This document shows, in pieces, positions 30,857-42,429 of a DNA stretch of 42,429 nt. The DNA is taken from the NCBI GenBank assembly GCA_943704425.1, contig CALSCP010002280.1:1-42429 (forward strand), given 5' to 3'. Position numbers and translations under genes: made by a program. The notes under the pieces were generated by a model. It made no database searches, was not told the origin of the DNA, and saw only the letters and a program-made list of their open reading frames with translations. Positions within the stretch are counted from its first letter, which is position 1. Every line of letters begins with the position of its first letter. The stretch comes from Ministeria vibrans ATCC 50519. Its lineage: Eukaryota; Protista; Filasterea.

Positions 30857-32967
30857 TTAAAACTCGGGTGAATCGCAACGGGGCGCGAGAAAGCCATGGT
30901 GACTGTGCACGACAGCACTGTAGCTGCGACAGTGTACGTCGCCGTCGGTGCCGGCCTGATACACAGTGCGCTGGGTCGCATTGAGACGCGCCAGGAGCGT
31001 GTGAAAAAGCTCAGGTTCAGTCGCGTGCAGGTCAGTGTGCTCCGACGGATCATTGAAAATGTCAAAGAGACAGCCATCAACACAACCCTTGTTGGAGCCG
31101 GGGTCAGTGCCGTTCGGGTAAAGTGGGCCCGTCCAAAACCCAATGCGCATCTGGGCACCCACCACCAGCTTGTGGCGCCCCATCACATACCCCCCGTCGC
31201 CGACACTCTCTCCACTCAGTCCACTTGCCAGTGGGAATTCGGTGCGCGGCGAAGTGTCATTCATTCCGCCCAGGTACGGCCAGAGATTCAGTGAGTCCAG
31301 AGCCGGCACGTTCCGACTCGGATCATCCAGGTGTCCACCCGCCACACTCACAAGTGTTGCATACTGCAAATGCGGAACAATAATAATAAAAAAGAACAAA
31401 TATTTTAAGAAAATAAATAGACAATCAAAAGCTGTCAAAACAGAGAGTAAATTAATAAAAGGAAAAGAATTTGATAATAATACAAAAAAAATATTATTAT
31501 TGTAATGGACTATCCTTCTTACCCAATCGGCCACATGCATAAACTGCGTGCGGGTGGTCCCGCGTGCGTGTGTGGGCAGGAACCCACCGGCCACCAATGC
31601 CGTGTTGCGCACGCCCCCTTCAAAGTCAGTGTGTTTTCCGCCTCTGTGTGGCCACGCGTTGCCACAACGTGCATTCACTCCACTCGCACCTCCGTTATCT
31701 GCCATGAAAACAAACAGTGTGTTGTCCCACATGCCACGCTCACGCAGTGCCCGTGTGACATTGGCAACAGCATCGTCAAGCACCAGCGACATGGCGTTCA
31801 TCGTGCGCCGCTGCGCGTACATGGTCGACGGGAACTGCGAAAGGTACGCGTCAGGTGCCTCTTGTGGATCGTGAACGACCTGTGCCGCACAAATTAAATA
31901 CACAAGAAAATGAAAGGACCAAAAGGTCTCATGTGTGAGTACAAGCTACTGTACTTGATCATGACCAACAAAAAAAAACTATTCATTATACCTGTAACGC
32001 AAGGTTGAGGTAGAGCGGCGTGTCCGTGGGGTGCTCACGGATGAGTTTTTCAGCCGCTGCGACGTACATGAGATCCCCATAGGTCCCATTCTCGCCGTAG
32101 GCTGGTGACTTTTGACGCCACAGATCAACGACGCCCTCTCCAATGGTCTGGTGCCAATGATCTTCGGCCCCCGTCAGGTAGCCAAAGTGTTCGTCGAAGC
32201 CACGCGAAATGGGCAGACGCGCAGGCGAACTTGCTCCCAAATGCCACTTTCCAATGTGCGCCGTCTTGTATCCGGCCGATTTGAGGGCTTGCGGCAACAG
32301 CCTTGTAAAATTTAGACTGGACAGGGAGACAGAGAGAGACAGAGAGACAGACAGGTAGAGAGAGAAAGAGACATAAAGAGACATAGACAGACAGAGAGAC
32401 AGAGACAGAGACACATAGAAACACGCAAAGAGACAAAGAGAAAGACACAAAAACACACACAGAAAAACGCAGAGCGACACAGAGACAGAGACAAAGAGAG
32501 AAAGAGAAAACAAAGGGATGAAGTGCGTGTCAGAGTCCTGTCAAAGAGAGAGCGCGACTTGGAGATGATTGTCCCACCTTATTCCTCCGCCAACGCCCGT
32601 GTCGGCCGGGTTAATCTCATTGACATGCACGGGAAATCGACCGGTGAACAGTGAGGAGCGTGTCGGCGAGCAGAACTTGTACGTATAGTGGCGTCTGAGT
32701 GAGTGTAAGTTGTGTCAACAAACATGATCTGGTTTTTTGGCCCGGCTTCGTTCCATACAATAAGTGAACGCCGTCCGCAGCAAGCTTTTGCAATGTGGGT
32801 GTTCGCACATCCGATCCAGTGTCGTGGAGTGCGGTGTTGGACCAACCGACATCGTCGCCAATGACAAACACAATGTGTGGAGGAGAACCCCCACTGTGCG
32901 CGGACCAGGCCAGCCCGACGCACAGCAGAGTCCACACGGGCAGTCCAGTAAACACCCGATTCATCAT
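30857..32967 (-). CDS. Secreted arylsulfatase (ARSB/I/J-like, formylglycine-dependent)
   Basis: Signal peptide, [56 protein letters not shown] and [10 protein letters not shown]. Confidence 0.93.
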
Positions 32968-33089
32968 AGGTGTACCTAGATTCTTACGAATCAATATTTA
33001 AATGTAAAATGTAAATTGTAAAAAATAATGATAATGCAGATAATCAATTCTCACTCAACCTATTCTCTAAACTCTATGCATTATTCTGT

Positions 33090-33129
33090 CTCCGTAGTCC
33101 GTACTTCGTACTCCGTACGGACTACGGAG
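33090..33129. other. Perfect 15-bp inverted repeat with a 10-nt spacer upstream of the arylsulfatase
   Basis: ctccgtagtccgtac-ttcgtactcc-gtacggactacggag. Confidence 0.85.
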
Positions 33130-33435
33130 TACTGCTTAGCAGTCATTTATGAATTTTGGAATCATCGCGTATTGCTTTCTTAAGCATTACTCGATAGTTT
33201 CAGGTGAAATTCAGGTCAAGTCCCTTATAAGTTATAGGGTGCGGTATGCCTCTCCTGTTGCGAAGAACGTGAGAGGGACTCAATCACTCCCTCAAGTGAC
33301 TCAGACAGACAGAGAGGCGTTATTATGAGCCTCGGAGTTCCACGTACTTAGATCGAGTGCAAAAACATGACAAAAATAATACGTGTGTGTGAACAATTAA
33401 TCACAAAAAAAAACAAAAAAAAATCAAGATTCGGT

Positions 33436-34856
33436 TCAATGTCCAGCGGAAGTCGATGCTGTTGCTGCTGCTGCTTCCTTTTGCTTCTTTTCCTCGGCCA
33501 GCTGCTTGTTGAGTGCGACACAGTCGACGGGTGCGCCGCGTCGTCGTCGCTTCGAGCCTGACTCAGGCTCACCTGAGCTCTCGTCGCCCGCGTCGGCCGG
33601 CCGTTTGAGTGGGATCGCCATAGGCGCAGACACAGTAGCAGCAGTAGCAGCGGTCGTCGTCGTCGTCGTCGTCGTCGCTGCGGCTGCAGTCTGATCAGAC
33701 ACTGCTTGTGGTGCATTCACTGACGTGAGCGCGGCGAGTCGTGCACGCAATGCTTCCTCCTTGGCGCGCTTGCGCTCTTGGCGCTCCGCTTTGCGCTTCT
33801 CCTCAACCTGGCGTTCCCACACAACGTCCACCGGATCGTACGCTTGCTGCGAGCCGGACGCAAGGGACTCGACGTGCGACGCGACACTCTGAGCAAAGGG
33901 GGATGTCATGCGGCCCTGGATGCAGTAGCCCCCCTCGAGCACACTAACAATGCGCCCGTCACACACCTTGTTCGCCACGAGCACAATCTGCTCGGTGAGC
34001 CAGGCGTAGTCCGGCTCGCTAATGCCAATGTAGCCGCAATTGATCGAGTCGTAGCGGTGCGCGTCAAAGCCTGCTGAGACCAAAATCAGGTCGGGCGCAA
34101 ACTCGACAAGTGCGGGCAGAAGTGTGTCGCGCCAGGTGCGACGCCATCGCGACGGTTTGCTCATTTCGGGCGTGAAGCCCACATCGACAATGGGCGCACC
34201 AGTGCGGTGTGGGCCTCGCAGGCCCTGCGACTCACCTGTGCCTGGGTAAAACATGCCGGTGTGCACGGGCATTTCGGGTGCCTTGGGTCCGTAGCCATGA
34301 ACACTAACAAAGAGCACGTTCTCCGAGTCGTTCTCGCCCAGCCATGGACGCCACTGCCACTGCGACAGCTGTCCCTCACACAACGGCGTGTCAATCGTGA
34401 CGCGCACCTGTCGCGCACGTAACGACCGCACAATCTCCTCGGTGCCATTGCCGTGGTGCACATCAAAGTCAAGCAGTGCAACCCGACGCACACGTGCCCG
34501 ATGCACGTTCAACGCATACGCACCGCCAATGGCCACATTGTTCAGCAGACAGAAGCCATGCGAGCCCGGATCGGTAGGGCCCGCCGGCACAATGCCACGT
34601 GGACCCGCATGGTGACCAGGAGGTCGAGTGGCACAAAAGGCATTGCGCACTTCGCCCGACATGACTCGGTCAATGGCGTCGCACATGGCACCCGCCGCGT
34701 ACACAGCCGCCGTAAATGACTTGGCCGACACGGCCGTGTCGCCGTCCAAATGTTCCAAGTGCACCACTGTGTCACTGTCGGTGTCTTTTTCGCTGTCTTT
34801 CTCGCTGTCCATGGCAGTGTCCATGGCGCCCTCTCCTCCCGTTGCTGCTGCTTCTG

Positions 34857-34887
<31 letters not shown>

Positions 34888-36111
34888 TGCCGTCGCCATC
34901 TCTCGTTTCTGCTCGGCAACAAGCTGAATGTACTCTGCATCCTTATCGGCAGCACGGTTAGAGGCATCCTGCAACTGACGGACATAGCCAAACTCGTGAA
35001 CGCGCAAAATGTCGGCCATGGCGGCGGCACGGGGCTCGGTGAGCCATTGGGTGCGCGCGCGCACATTTCCGGTGAGAAGCGAACCCACTCCGTCGGCATA
35101 GAGCACACGAAGACGGTCGAGGTTCTCCGGTGGTGGCTCTTGCTCGCCACGGTGGTACGGCCGACAAGTGTGGTGCTGAAGACACGTCTCGTGACGCACA
35201 AGCAACGTCGGCGCAATGCTGTCCGACACCTTTCGACGTGCCTGTGCCGCCGCCGGTGTGTCACCGCGCTCGTCCAACACCGTCTCGTCGGCGTGGTTCT
35301 CCAGCAGCACCTTTGCGGCATCGGCATGGCCGTGGGCCAAGGCCAAGTGCAGTGGGGTAGAGCCTTGAGCAGACGAGGGGGCGTTCACACTTGAGCTGGT
35401 GCGACTGCACAGCAGTCGGATCATGTCTGCGTGGCCATAGCGTGCGGCTGTGTGCAGCGGCGTGAAGGTGTCGCCGTCGGCCAACTCGGGTGCCTCGGCC
35501 AGCACCGCAGGCTCGTCCAACAGCCGACTTGCCACGTCCACCAGACCGTGCTGCGCAGCAACGTGCAACGGCGAACGTCCAAGTCGGTCAACACGCATTG
35601 GCTGAGCGCCGTGTTCGAGCAGCAAGCGCACGGCCTCAAGGGAAAACGACGCGTCCTTCTCCTCGTCGACAGCCGGCACCGCCCCGACCCCAATGGCAAT
35701 GTGAAGGGACGTCGCCTGCAGACATGTTGACTCGGGCCGCGCACCATTCTCCAGCAGTACGCGCACACAGTCGATCTTTCGCGCAAACAACGCCGTGTGC
35801 AGCGGAGTACACTGCCAGTACTCGTCGCGTTCGTTCGGATCCACGTGATCCTGGCCCTCCCCCGCGAGCTGCGTCGGGTCAAAGTCATCGTCGTCGTCGT
35901 CATCGTCGTCGTCGTCGTCGCCCTCATCGCTGTCCTGTGCCTTGCCCGCCCCGGCACCGTCGTCCCCACCCGACTTCCTCTCCCTCTCCAGTGGAAAGTT
36001 GGTCGAAATCTGCATCGAGAAAGGCAGAAAGAAGAGCAATCAGAAATGTGTGTGTGTATGCCATGATGGGCCCCGCATGCTCGACAATGAGAGTCAGACG
36101 GAAAATGTTGA

Positions 36112-36144
<33 letters not shown>

Positions 36145-36401
36145 GCTTTCTCGTGTGTGTTCAATATGACAAAATCGAATTCAAGCTCGACTGAAGTTTT
36201 CTTTTGTGCTACAACAAAAACAGGAATGCAAACTATTGGTGTTGAGCTTACGTCTGCCAGACTCATGGAAGCATTGGTAGAGTTGGATGTCTTGGATTTG
36301 ATCATTTCCAAGACCAAGTCAATGTCGCCTCGTTCACATGCGTCGTGCAATGCCGCCACCACTCGGCGACCAATACGTGATTCGTAGCTAGACTCGGACA
36401 T
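33436..36401 (-). CDS. Ankyrin-repeat + histone deacetylase (class II/HOS3-like) fusion
   Basis: About 6 ankyrin repeats (ALHDAC, TPLHTA, SLHIA, SPLHVAA, TPLHTAA, TPLHLA). HDAC motifs PPENLDRL, RPPGHH, GFCLLNNVA, DFDVHHGNGT, FYPGTG, SAGFDAH and LEGGY. Confidence 0.93.
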
Positions 36402-36505
36402 GACAAGAGAAAAAAATTGAGTGATCAAAATTCAATTAATTTTTTGGTTCATTATATTTTATATTTTTCTAACACTCAGCCACCCACACAAGAAAGAAAA
36501 ACATC

Positions 36506-36617
36506 ATGACTGAGATGGTTGAACGCGAGATGGAGGAGGAGGACGCCGTGTGCGGGCCAATGCTTATTGGCCGATTGGAGGTCAGAAAAGCACACACGTA
36601 TAATTATACTATTTATA

Positions 36618-36649
<32 letters not shown>

Positions 36650-38304
36650 AAGAAGAAGAAAAAAAAAAGAACCTTTCGTCGCGTCGTCGCTTTGCACTGT
36701 TAGCACGAGTATGGCGGGTCACAAATGTGGCACAGCCACTTAAACCCCATTCCTGTGCGTTGTCTGGCGTTTGCGCAAGAGAACACGTCGCGTTTTTGTC
36801 CCAGTCGTCGACAAGTCACAGACGAGTTTCAAGCACGATTTGGTTTTGCTGTCTATCGCGCGATTTCCCGGTGGAAAATGCTTGAAAACACATGCTATCT
36901 CATTAATGTATCCCATTTGTGCACGCGCAACGCTCGACGACGCTGCGTTTTTTTTTTTTGTCCTGGCGCGTCTTTTCAATTTTTTGTCTCACTCTCTCGT
37001 TTTGCACTGTAGCAAAGCGGCATTTCGGCGGCGGACGTCAAGAAACTCGAGGATGGAGGATTTCACACAGTGGAGAGCATTGCCTACACGCCCAAGAAGA
37101 ACCTCTTGTCGGTCAAGGGAATCTCAGAGGCCAAAGTAAGAAACGAAAGAAAAAAAAACGGTCAACCAATTGTGTCTTTTGTATTTGTTTGTGTAGGCTG
37201 ACAAAATTTTAGCCGAGGCTGCCAAACTGGTACCCACTGGGTTTACTACGGCTACAGAGTTTCATCAGGTACACCGATTATAAACTGCTTTATGGGTGTT
37301 TGTCGTATTTTGTGCCTGACATATTTGTTCTGACTTTTTGTGCGTCTCCTTGCTTTTTGTAGCGTCGAGCAGACATTCTGATGTTGACGACTGGTTCCAA
37401 AGAACTGGACAAGCTTCTCCAGGGTGGTATTGAGACTGGGTCTATTACAGAGATTTTTGGAGAGTTCCGAACAGGTTCGTCGGGAGAGAGAGAGCGCGAG
37501 CGCGAAAGAGAGAGAAATATGCACGACATAATTATTTTAGAATCTGGCCGTTTTCATCCTCTTCGAATAATAATAATAATAATAATTTAAGTATATTAAT
37601 TTATTATTGGTTTTTTTAGGCAAAACACAGTTGTGCCACACACTGTCGGTAACGTGTCAGCTGGCGATTGACCAGGGTGGTGCGGAGGGAAAGTGTCTTT
37701 ACATTGACACGGAGGGTACGTTCCGTCCCGAGCGAGTGCTTCAGTGTGCCGAGCGCTACGGACTGAACGGACAGGATGTGCTGGACAACATTGCGTATGC
37801 ACGTGCGTACAACACGGACCATCAGCTGTCGCTGTTGACGCAGGCGTCAGCAATGATGGCCGAGTCACGCTATGCTCTGATGATTGTCGATAGTGCGACC
37901 GCCCTCTACCGCACAGACTATTCGGGTCGCGGCGAACTGAGTGCCCGTCAGATGCACATGGCCCGCTTTCTGCGCACTCTGCTGCGTCTCGCCGACGAAT
38001 TTGGCATTGCCGTTGTCATCACCAACCAGGTGGTGGCGCAGGTGGACGGTGCGGCCATGTTCGCGGCCGATCCCAAGAAGCCCATCGGTGGAAACATTAT
38101 GGCACACGCTTCGACCACGCGTCTGTACCTGCGCAAAGGCCGTGCCGAAACGCGCATTTGCAAGATTTACGACTCGCCCTGTCTGCCCGAGGTACCCAAC
38201 ATGAAACAAAAAAGAACGGGATAATTAAACTGCCTGGATCAATCGTGTAGTCGGAGGCCATGTTTGCAATCAATGCTGACGGTATTGGCGATGCCAAGGA
38301 CTGA
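36506..38304 (+). CDS. RAD51: DNA repair recombinase RAD51
   Basis: 6 exons. [66 protein letters not shown], ending GIGDAKD*. Confidence 0.98.
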
Positions 38305-38406
38305 GAAGAGAGTCGCACTCCTCTTTTGACATAAAATACAATAATAGACACGAAAAATCGGAAATAGAATGGTAAAACAAAAATTCATTACAGACAGAGG
38401 ATATTT

Positions 38407-39160
38407 TTATGCGAGTTCGGCAGCTGCTTCGGAAAACTTGTTTTGTGAGTTGACGTCGGTCGAGCAACGCTTACAACACAGCTGAGGTGCCTCCCCCGTT
38501 TTCGGTGCAGGAATGAAATAGTTGCGCAGCGTTATGGTGTTTTTACAGACGGAGCACCTAGAGAACAACAAAAAAAATTAAGAAAATAAATAGAGAATCG
38601 AGAGCTGTAGTCAATGTCAAAACACGACTGTATACAAAGCAAAGAGCAAATAACAGTCATAATGATATTAATATTAATATTATTTTGATTTTTTGAGAAA
38701 TTAAATAAAATATTAATAATGTTGATTTTGTTGTTGAGCTCACTTGAAACAGCGCTTGTGCCAAGCGTAATCGCCGTTTGCCAGAATTTGTTCCGCCTTG
38801 TACACTGGCTTTGCACACACTGCACAGGGCGGGGCGGGTGTCGGCACAAACCGTCGCGATCCTACCAAAATCAATCATGGCATTCAAAAATATTTCAATG
38901 ACGTAACGTCTTTCCACTTTCTATTACCGCCTGGCGAAAGGGCTGCTTGCGGGTTAGGCTCTGCTATCGAGAGAGAGAAGGGGGGGAGCAAACACGAGTG
39001 TGTGAGGCACAAAGTACCCAGGAGAATGAGAGAAAGGGAGAGAGGTGTTACCTGGTGCCTTCAACTCAGCGTTCACTTGGTATGAACTGACCTCGTCCCC
39101 GTCCTCCGAGCTGTTGCTCTCCATTCCAGCGTCGACTGCGCTGTCGGCAGGATTACTCAT
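38407..39160 (-). CDS. Small single-LIM-domain protein
   Basis: Exons 39160-39052, 38861-38744 and 38557-38407 give CAVCAKPVYKAEQILANGDYAWHKRCF|KCSVCKNTITLRNY...CCKRC, a full LIM zinc-ligand set. It is not visible in the ORF track. Confidence 0.88.
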
Positions 39161-39200
39161 AGTAATACTTTGAATAATTCTGTCATTTTCAAACAGATCA

Positions 39201-40337
39201 ATGCGTAACAATATTATAATTATTATTTTGTTTATGTTGGAAAAGTTGTTCCGAACGAAAATACGCCTAGCCTTGGTGGTGGGTGTGTGTATGTGGGCAC
39301 TTATGTATGAGAATGGAATGCGCCAGGCATCGGAGACGCGTGCGCGCTACGGCGAGCCGACAACGAAGCTGTCAACGCGCGTCCAAGTGTTGGACCTGCA
39401 GCGAACGGCACTGCACTGGATCGCGCGCTCGGCGGAGGTCCTGACGGGCCGTCCCACTATACAGACGCTGCGTGCCCTGTATTCGACCGTGGTGGCTTGG
39501 AGGCAGCCAAGCGACCTGTTGGCCAATGTCACCAAACAAACATTTGAACTGGCAAGCGGCGCGTCGATCACGCTGATCACGCCCAAGAGGCGCAACAAAA
39601 TGACGCGTGTGGGCATTGTGTACATACACGGCGGAGGCTGGGTCTTGTTTGATAGCGAATTCTACATGACAACGCTCGTGACGCTTGCCACTCGAAGTGG
39701 GGTCCCAGTCGTCTCCGTCAACTACCGTCTGGCCCCTGAGCACCCCTATCCCGCCGCCCACGACGATGCTGTGGCTGCATACCGCTGGACCGTTGAGCAT
39801 GCTGCAAATCTGGGCTTTGACAGTGACAAAATTGCCGTCATTGGCGACTCGGCTGGGGGCAACTTGGCCGCCAGTGTCGTGCTGGCCACACTCTCACACA
39901 AAACAAAAACACTCCCCGTGCCTTCCTCGACGGTTCTCATCTACCCGGCACTCAGCTTGGACATGTACAGTCGATCACAGCTTGCGTATGCACACGAGCT
40001 GATGCTTTCGCGCGAGCACCTGTCAAACTGCTGGGCTGCCTACTTGGGCACCACACAGCCCCAAAAGAACGCCAAAGACCCCCTCTGTGTGCCGGCAACG
40101 ACACCCTCCGTCAAAGGATTTCCGCCAGCGCTGATCATCACTGCAGAACGTGACGTCTTGCGTGACGAGGGCGTGCGCTTCTCGCGCCGTCTGCGCAACG
40201 ACAACCCTTCGTCGACCGTGCAACTCGCGCAGTTTGAGGGAAAGTATCATGGTTTTGCCTTTGTCGAGATTGGCCTTTCGCCTGTCGTCGATCAAATGTG
40301 GCAGGACATTGCCGACTTTGCCTTGCGTCACAACTAA
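39201..40337 (+). CDS. HSL-family (abhydrolase_3) carboxylesterase with N-terminal membrane anchor; intronless
   Basis: YIHGGGW, VNYRLAPEHPYPAA, GDSAGGNL, ERDVLRDEG and HGF. The start could be 39234. Confidence 0.92.
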   Translation: MRNNIIIIILFMLEKLFRTKIRLALVVGVCMWALMYENGMRQASETRARYGEPTTKLSTRVQVLDLQRTALHWIARSAEVLTGRPTIQTLRALYSTVVAWRQPSDLLANVTKQTFELASGASITLITPKRRNKMTRVGIVYIHGGGWVLFDSEFYMTTLVTLATRSGVPVVSVNYRLAPEHPYPAAHDDAVAAYRWTVEHAANLGFDSDKIAVIGDSAGGNLAASVVLATLSHKTKTLPVPSSTVLIYPALSLDMYSRSQLAYAHELMLSREHLSNCWAAYLGTTQPQKNAKDPLCVPATTPSVKGFPPALIITAERDVLRDEGVRFSRRLRNDNPSSTVQLAQFEGKYHGFAFVEIGLSPVVDQMWQDIADFALRHN

Positions 40338-40504
40338 TAGTACAATATACTTGCCCCTTCACTTGTTTTTTTTTTGTTTGTTTTGTTTTGTTTTGAAAGG
40401 CTTAAGTTTTCGTTCAAAGACTATATTCCTTTTTTTAATTTTTCTGTTTTATAAGTAGGGGGGTTTAGGAAGAGAAGGGAAACACGGGAGAACACACAAA
40501 GAGT

Positions 40505-41397
40505 TTACTCGTCGGCTAGAACAAAAAAAAAAAGCGGAGAGAGTAGATGAGAACCAAAGCGCGTATGGTAGTATATGTTTTGGTACCTTGCTCGTTCTGA
40601 CTGTCGGAGGTCCAGAGAGTGAGGTTATCGCGGAGGAGCTGGAGGATGAGGGTGCTGTCCTTGTACGACTCCTCGGGGAGAGTGTCGAGCTCGGCAATCG
40701 CATCGTCGAAAGCCTATGATTTGTTTTGTTTTTTTTTGGAAAGTGTTAGGTTGGTTCAAAAAAAGAAACAATGACTATATTGTTCAACAAGTTTAATACC
40801 TTCTTGGCAATGTCACATGCGTTGTCACGCTCCTCAAGGATCTCGTAGTGGAAGACGGAGAAGTTGAGGGCAAGACCGAGACGGATGGGGTGCGTCGGGG
40901 GCAGCGACGATGCAGCGGCATCGGTGGCAGCCTGGTAGCACTCGGACGACGACTTTGAGGCAGTGGTGCGCTCGGCGCCCGACGAAACCTCGGCAACGTA
41001 ACGGTGGTAGTCACCGGCCATCTTGTGGTAGAAGACCTTCTCGTCGCCAGTCTCGGCCGAGGGGATCAGGAAAGCGTTGAGCAGGTCAATGACCTCCTTG
41101 CACACGTTCTTGACCTAAACCACAAACAAATGCCGCGTCAGACACATGCGCCAACCATACTTGCCCATCATCGTCATCATTTTACCTCTCCCTCAATCTT
41201 CTCGCGGTAGGTCACAGCAAGGTTGTGCTTCTCGACGCTGCCCTTCTGCTCTTCCTTCTCCTCCAGAGCGCTAATGATGCGCCACGCAGAGCGTTGCATA
41301 CCAACAACGTTCTTGTAAGCGACCGACAACAAGTTGCGCTCGTCGGCGTTGAGGCCCTCCTTAAGGCCTGCAACCTCCTTCATCTTGGAGGCCATGT
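40505..41397 (-). CDS. 14-3-3 protein (first exon beyond the window end)
   Basis: [39 protein letters not shown] and [22 protein letters not shown]. Tiny last exon ADE*. Confidence 0.97.
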
Positions 41398-42429
41398 CTG
41401 AGGAAGAAAAAGAAAAAAAAGAAAAAAAGAAAGGTTATATACGGTCGGGCGTCAAAAAAAAGTTGACACTATACACAGAACACAAAACACGTCCTTGATA
41501 ACTTGAACAAATCAAGCATCGCCTGTTTTTGGGGGCTGAAATTTTGGTTCGAAAACGAAGGAAAAAAAACCAACACACAGAATGTAAAAGCAAAAGACGC
41601 TTCCTGATTCAAAACGGGTCCGAGACACCCGAAACCAACCAATCCAATTGCAAGGCAAAGCGCGATGTAGCATGGACGCAGTGTGCAATGTGCCATAGCG
41701 AGAAAAAAAAGATGAAGAAAAAAAAAGAAGAGAACCCCAATGCAATGTCGTCCGTAATGACCGTAGAGGCTCAGCGTGACACCAATGGCAAGAACAACCA
41801 CTTCACAGGCGTAAGACACAAAGAATAGCGGCGATTTGCAGCAAGAGAGCGTGCCAGCAAAACACACGTCACCATCTACTCGGCTGAACTCATTTCTGTG
41901 TGCTGGTACACCACTAGAACACACACGAAGGCGCAGAAAACAGCTAGGGTGGCGTGGATAGGCAACACAAACGCATCGAGCCGCGCAGGGAGTGCTACGG
42001 ACGGGACGTGTCGCTTTTTTTTCACTTTTTGCGAATGCGCGAAGACTGGAACAAAAAAAAAAGAACAAAAGAACCATGTGCTCAAACACGACAGGAGGGC
42101 ATCTCTGTGCCATAGCACGCGCTCAGAGACGTATTAGAGTACACCCAAGGGGTGGGCCGGGAAAAAGGGGAGGAAGGCGGCAGGAGCGAGGCGCAAAGAA
42201 GGTGTTTGTGGGAGCGAGACAGTGCAGCAGCAGAAAAAAAAAAAAAGAAGAATTACGTTGAAGCAACATTTTGAGGAAAAAGAAGAACAAAGAGAAGAAA
42301 GGGAAAAACAGCAACGGCATCGCCGCGTGCGTCGATGGCCGCCACACGTCCACGGCCGCTGCCTGGGTGCATTGCGCTGTGAGCTAACGGCGGTTGGTGC
42401 CTCTTTTTTCCGGTGAGTCCCCCTGGATG

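Overview
Eukaryotic, gene-dense nuclear DNA with GC-rich exons, AT-rich or microsatellite-filled GT-AG introns (mostly 50-400 nt) and very short intergenic spacers. Manual splicing gives 18 protein-coding genes in this order: a secreted protein with at least 3 tandem 'short-chain collagen C4'/NC1-like domains (runs off the left edge), ECH1, a TLC-domain protein, CYP51, MON1, a DEP + alpha/beta-hydrolase fusion, THOC7, GH125, a FAAP24-like gene, EMC1, a MYSM1-like SANT+JAMM protein, a rhodanese-DUSP (MKP), an arylsulfatase, an ankyrin-HDAC, RAD51, a small LIM protein, an HSL-family esterase and 14-3-3 (first exon beyond the right edge). Animal-like CYP51, MKP, FAAP24 and NC1-like domains in such a compact genome suggest a unicellular relative of animals; this is inference only. 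No CRISPR array, mobile element, tRNA or rRNA was recognised. Family assignments come from motif recognition, not database searches.
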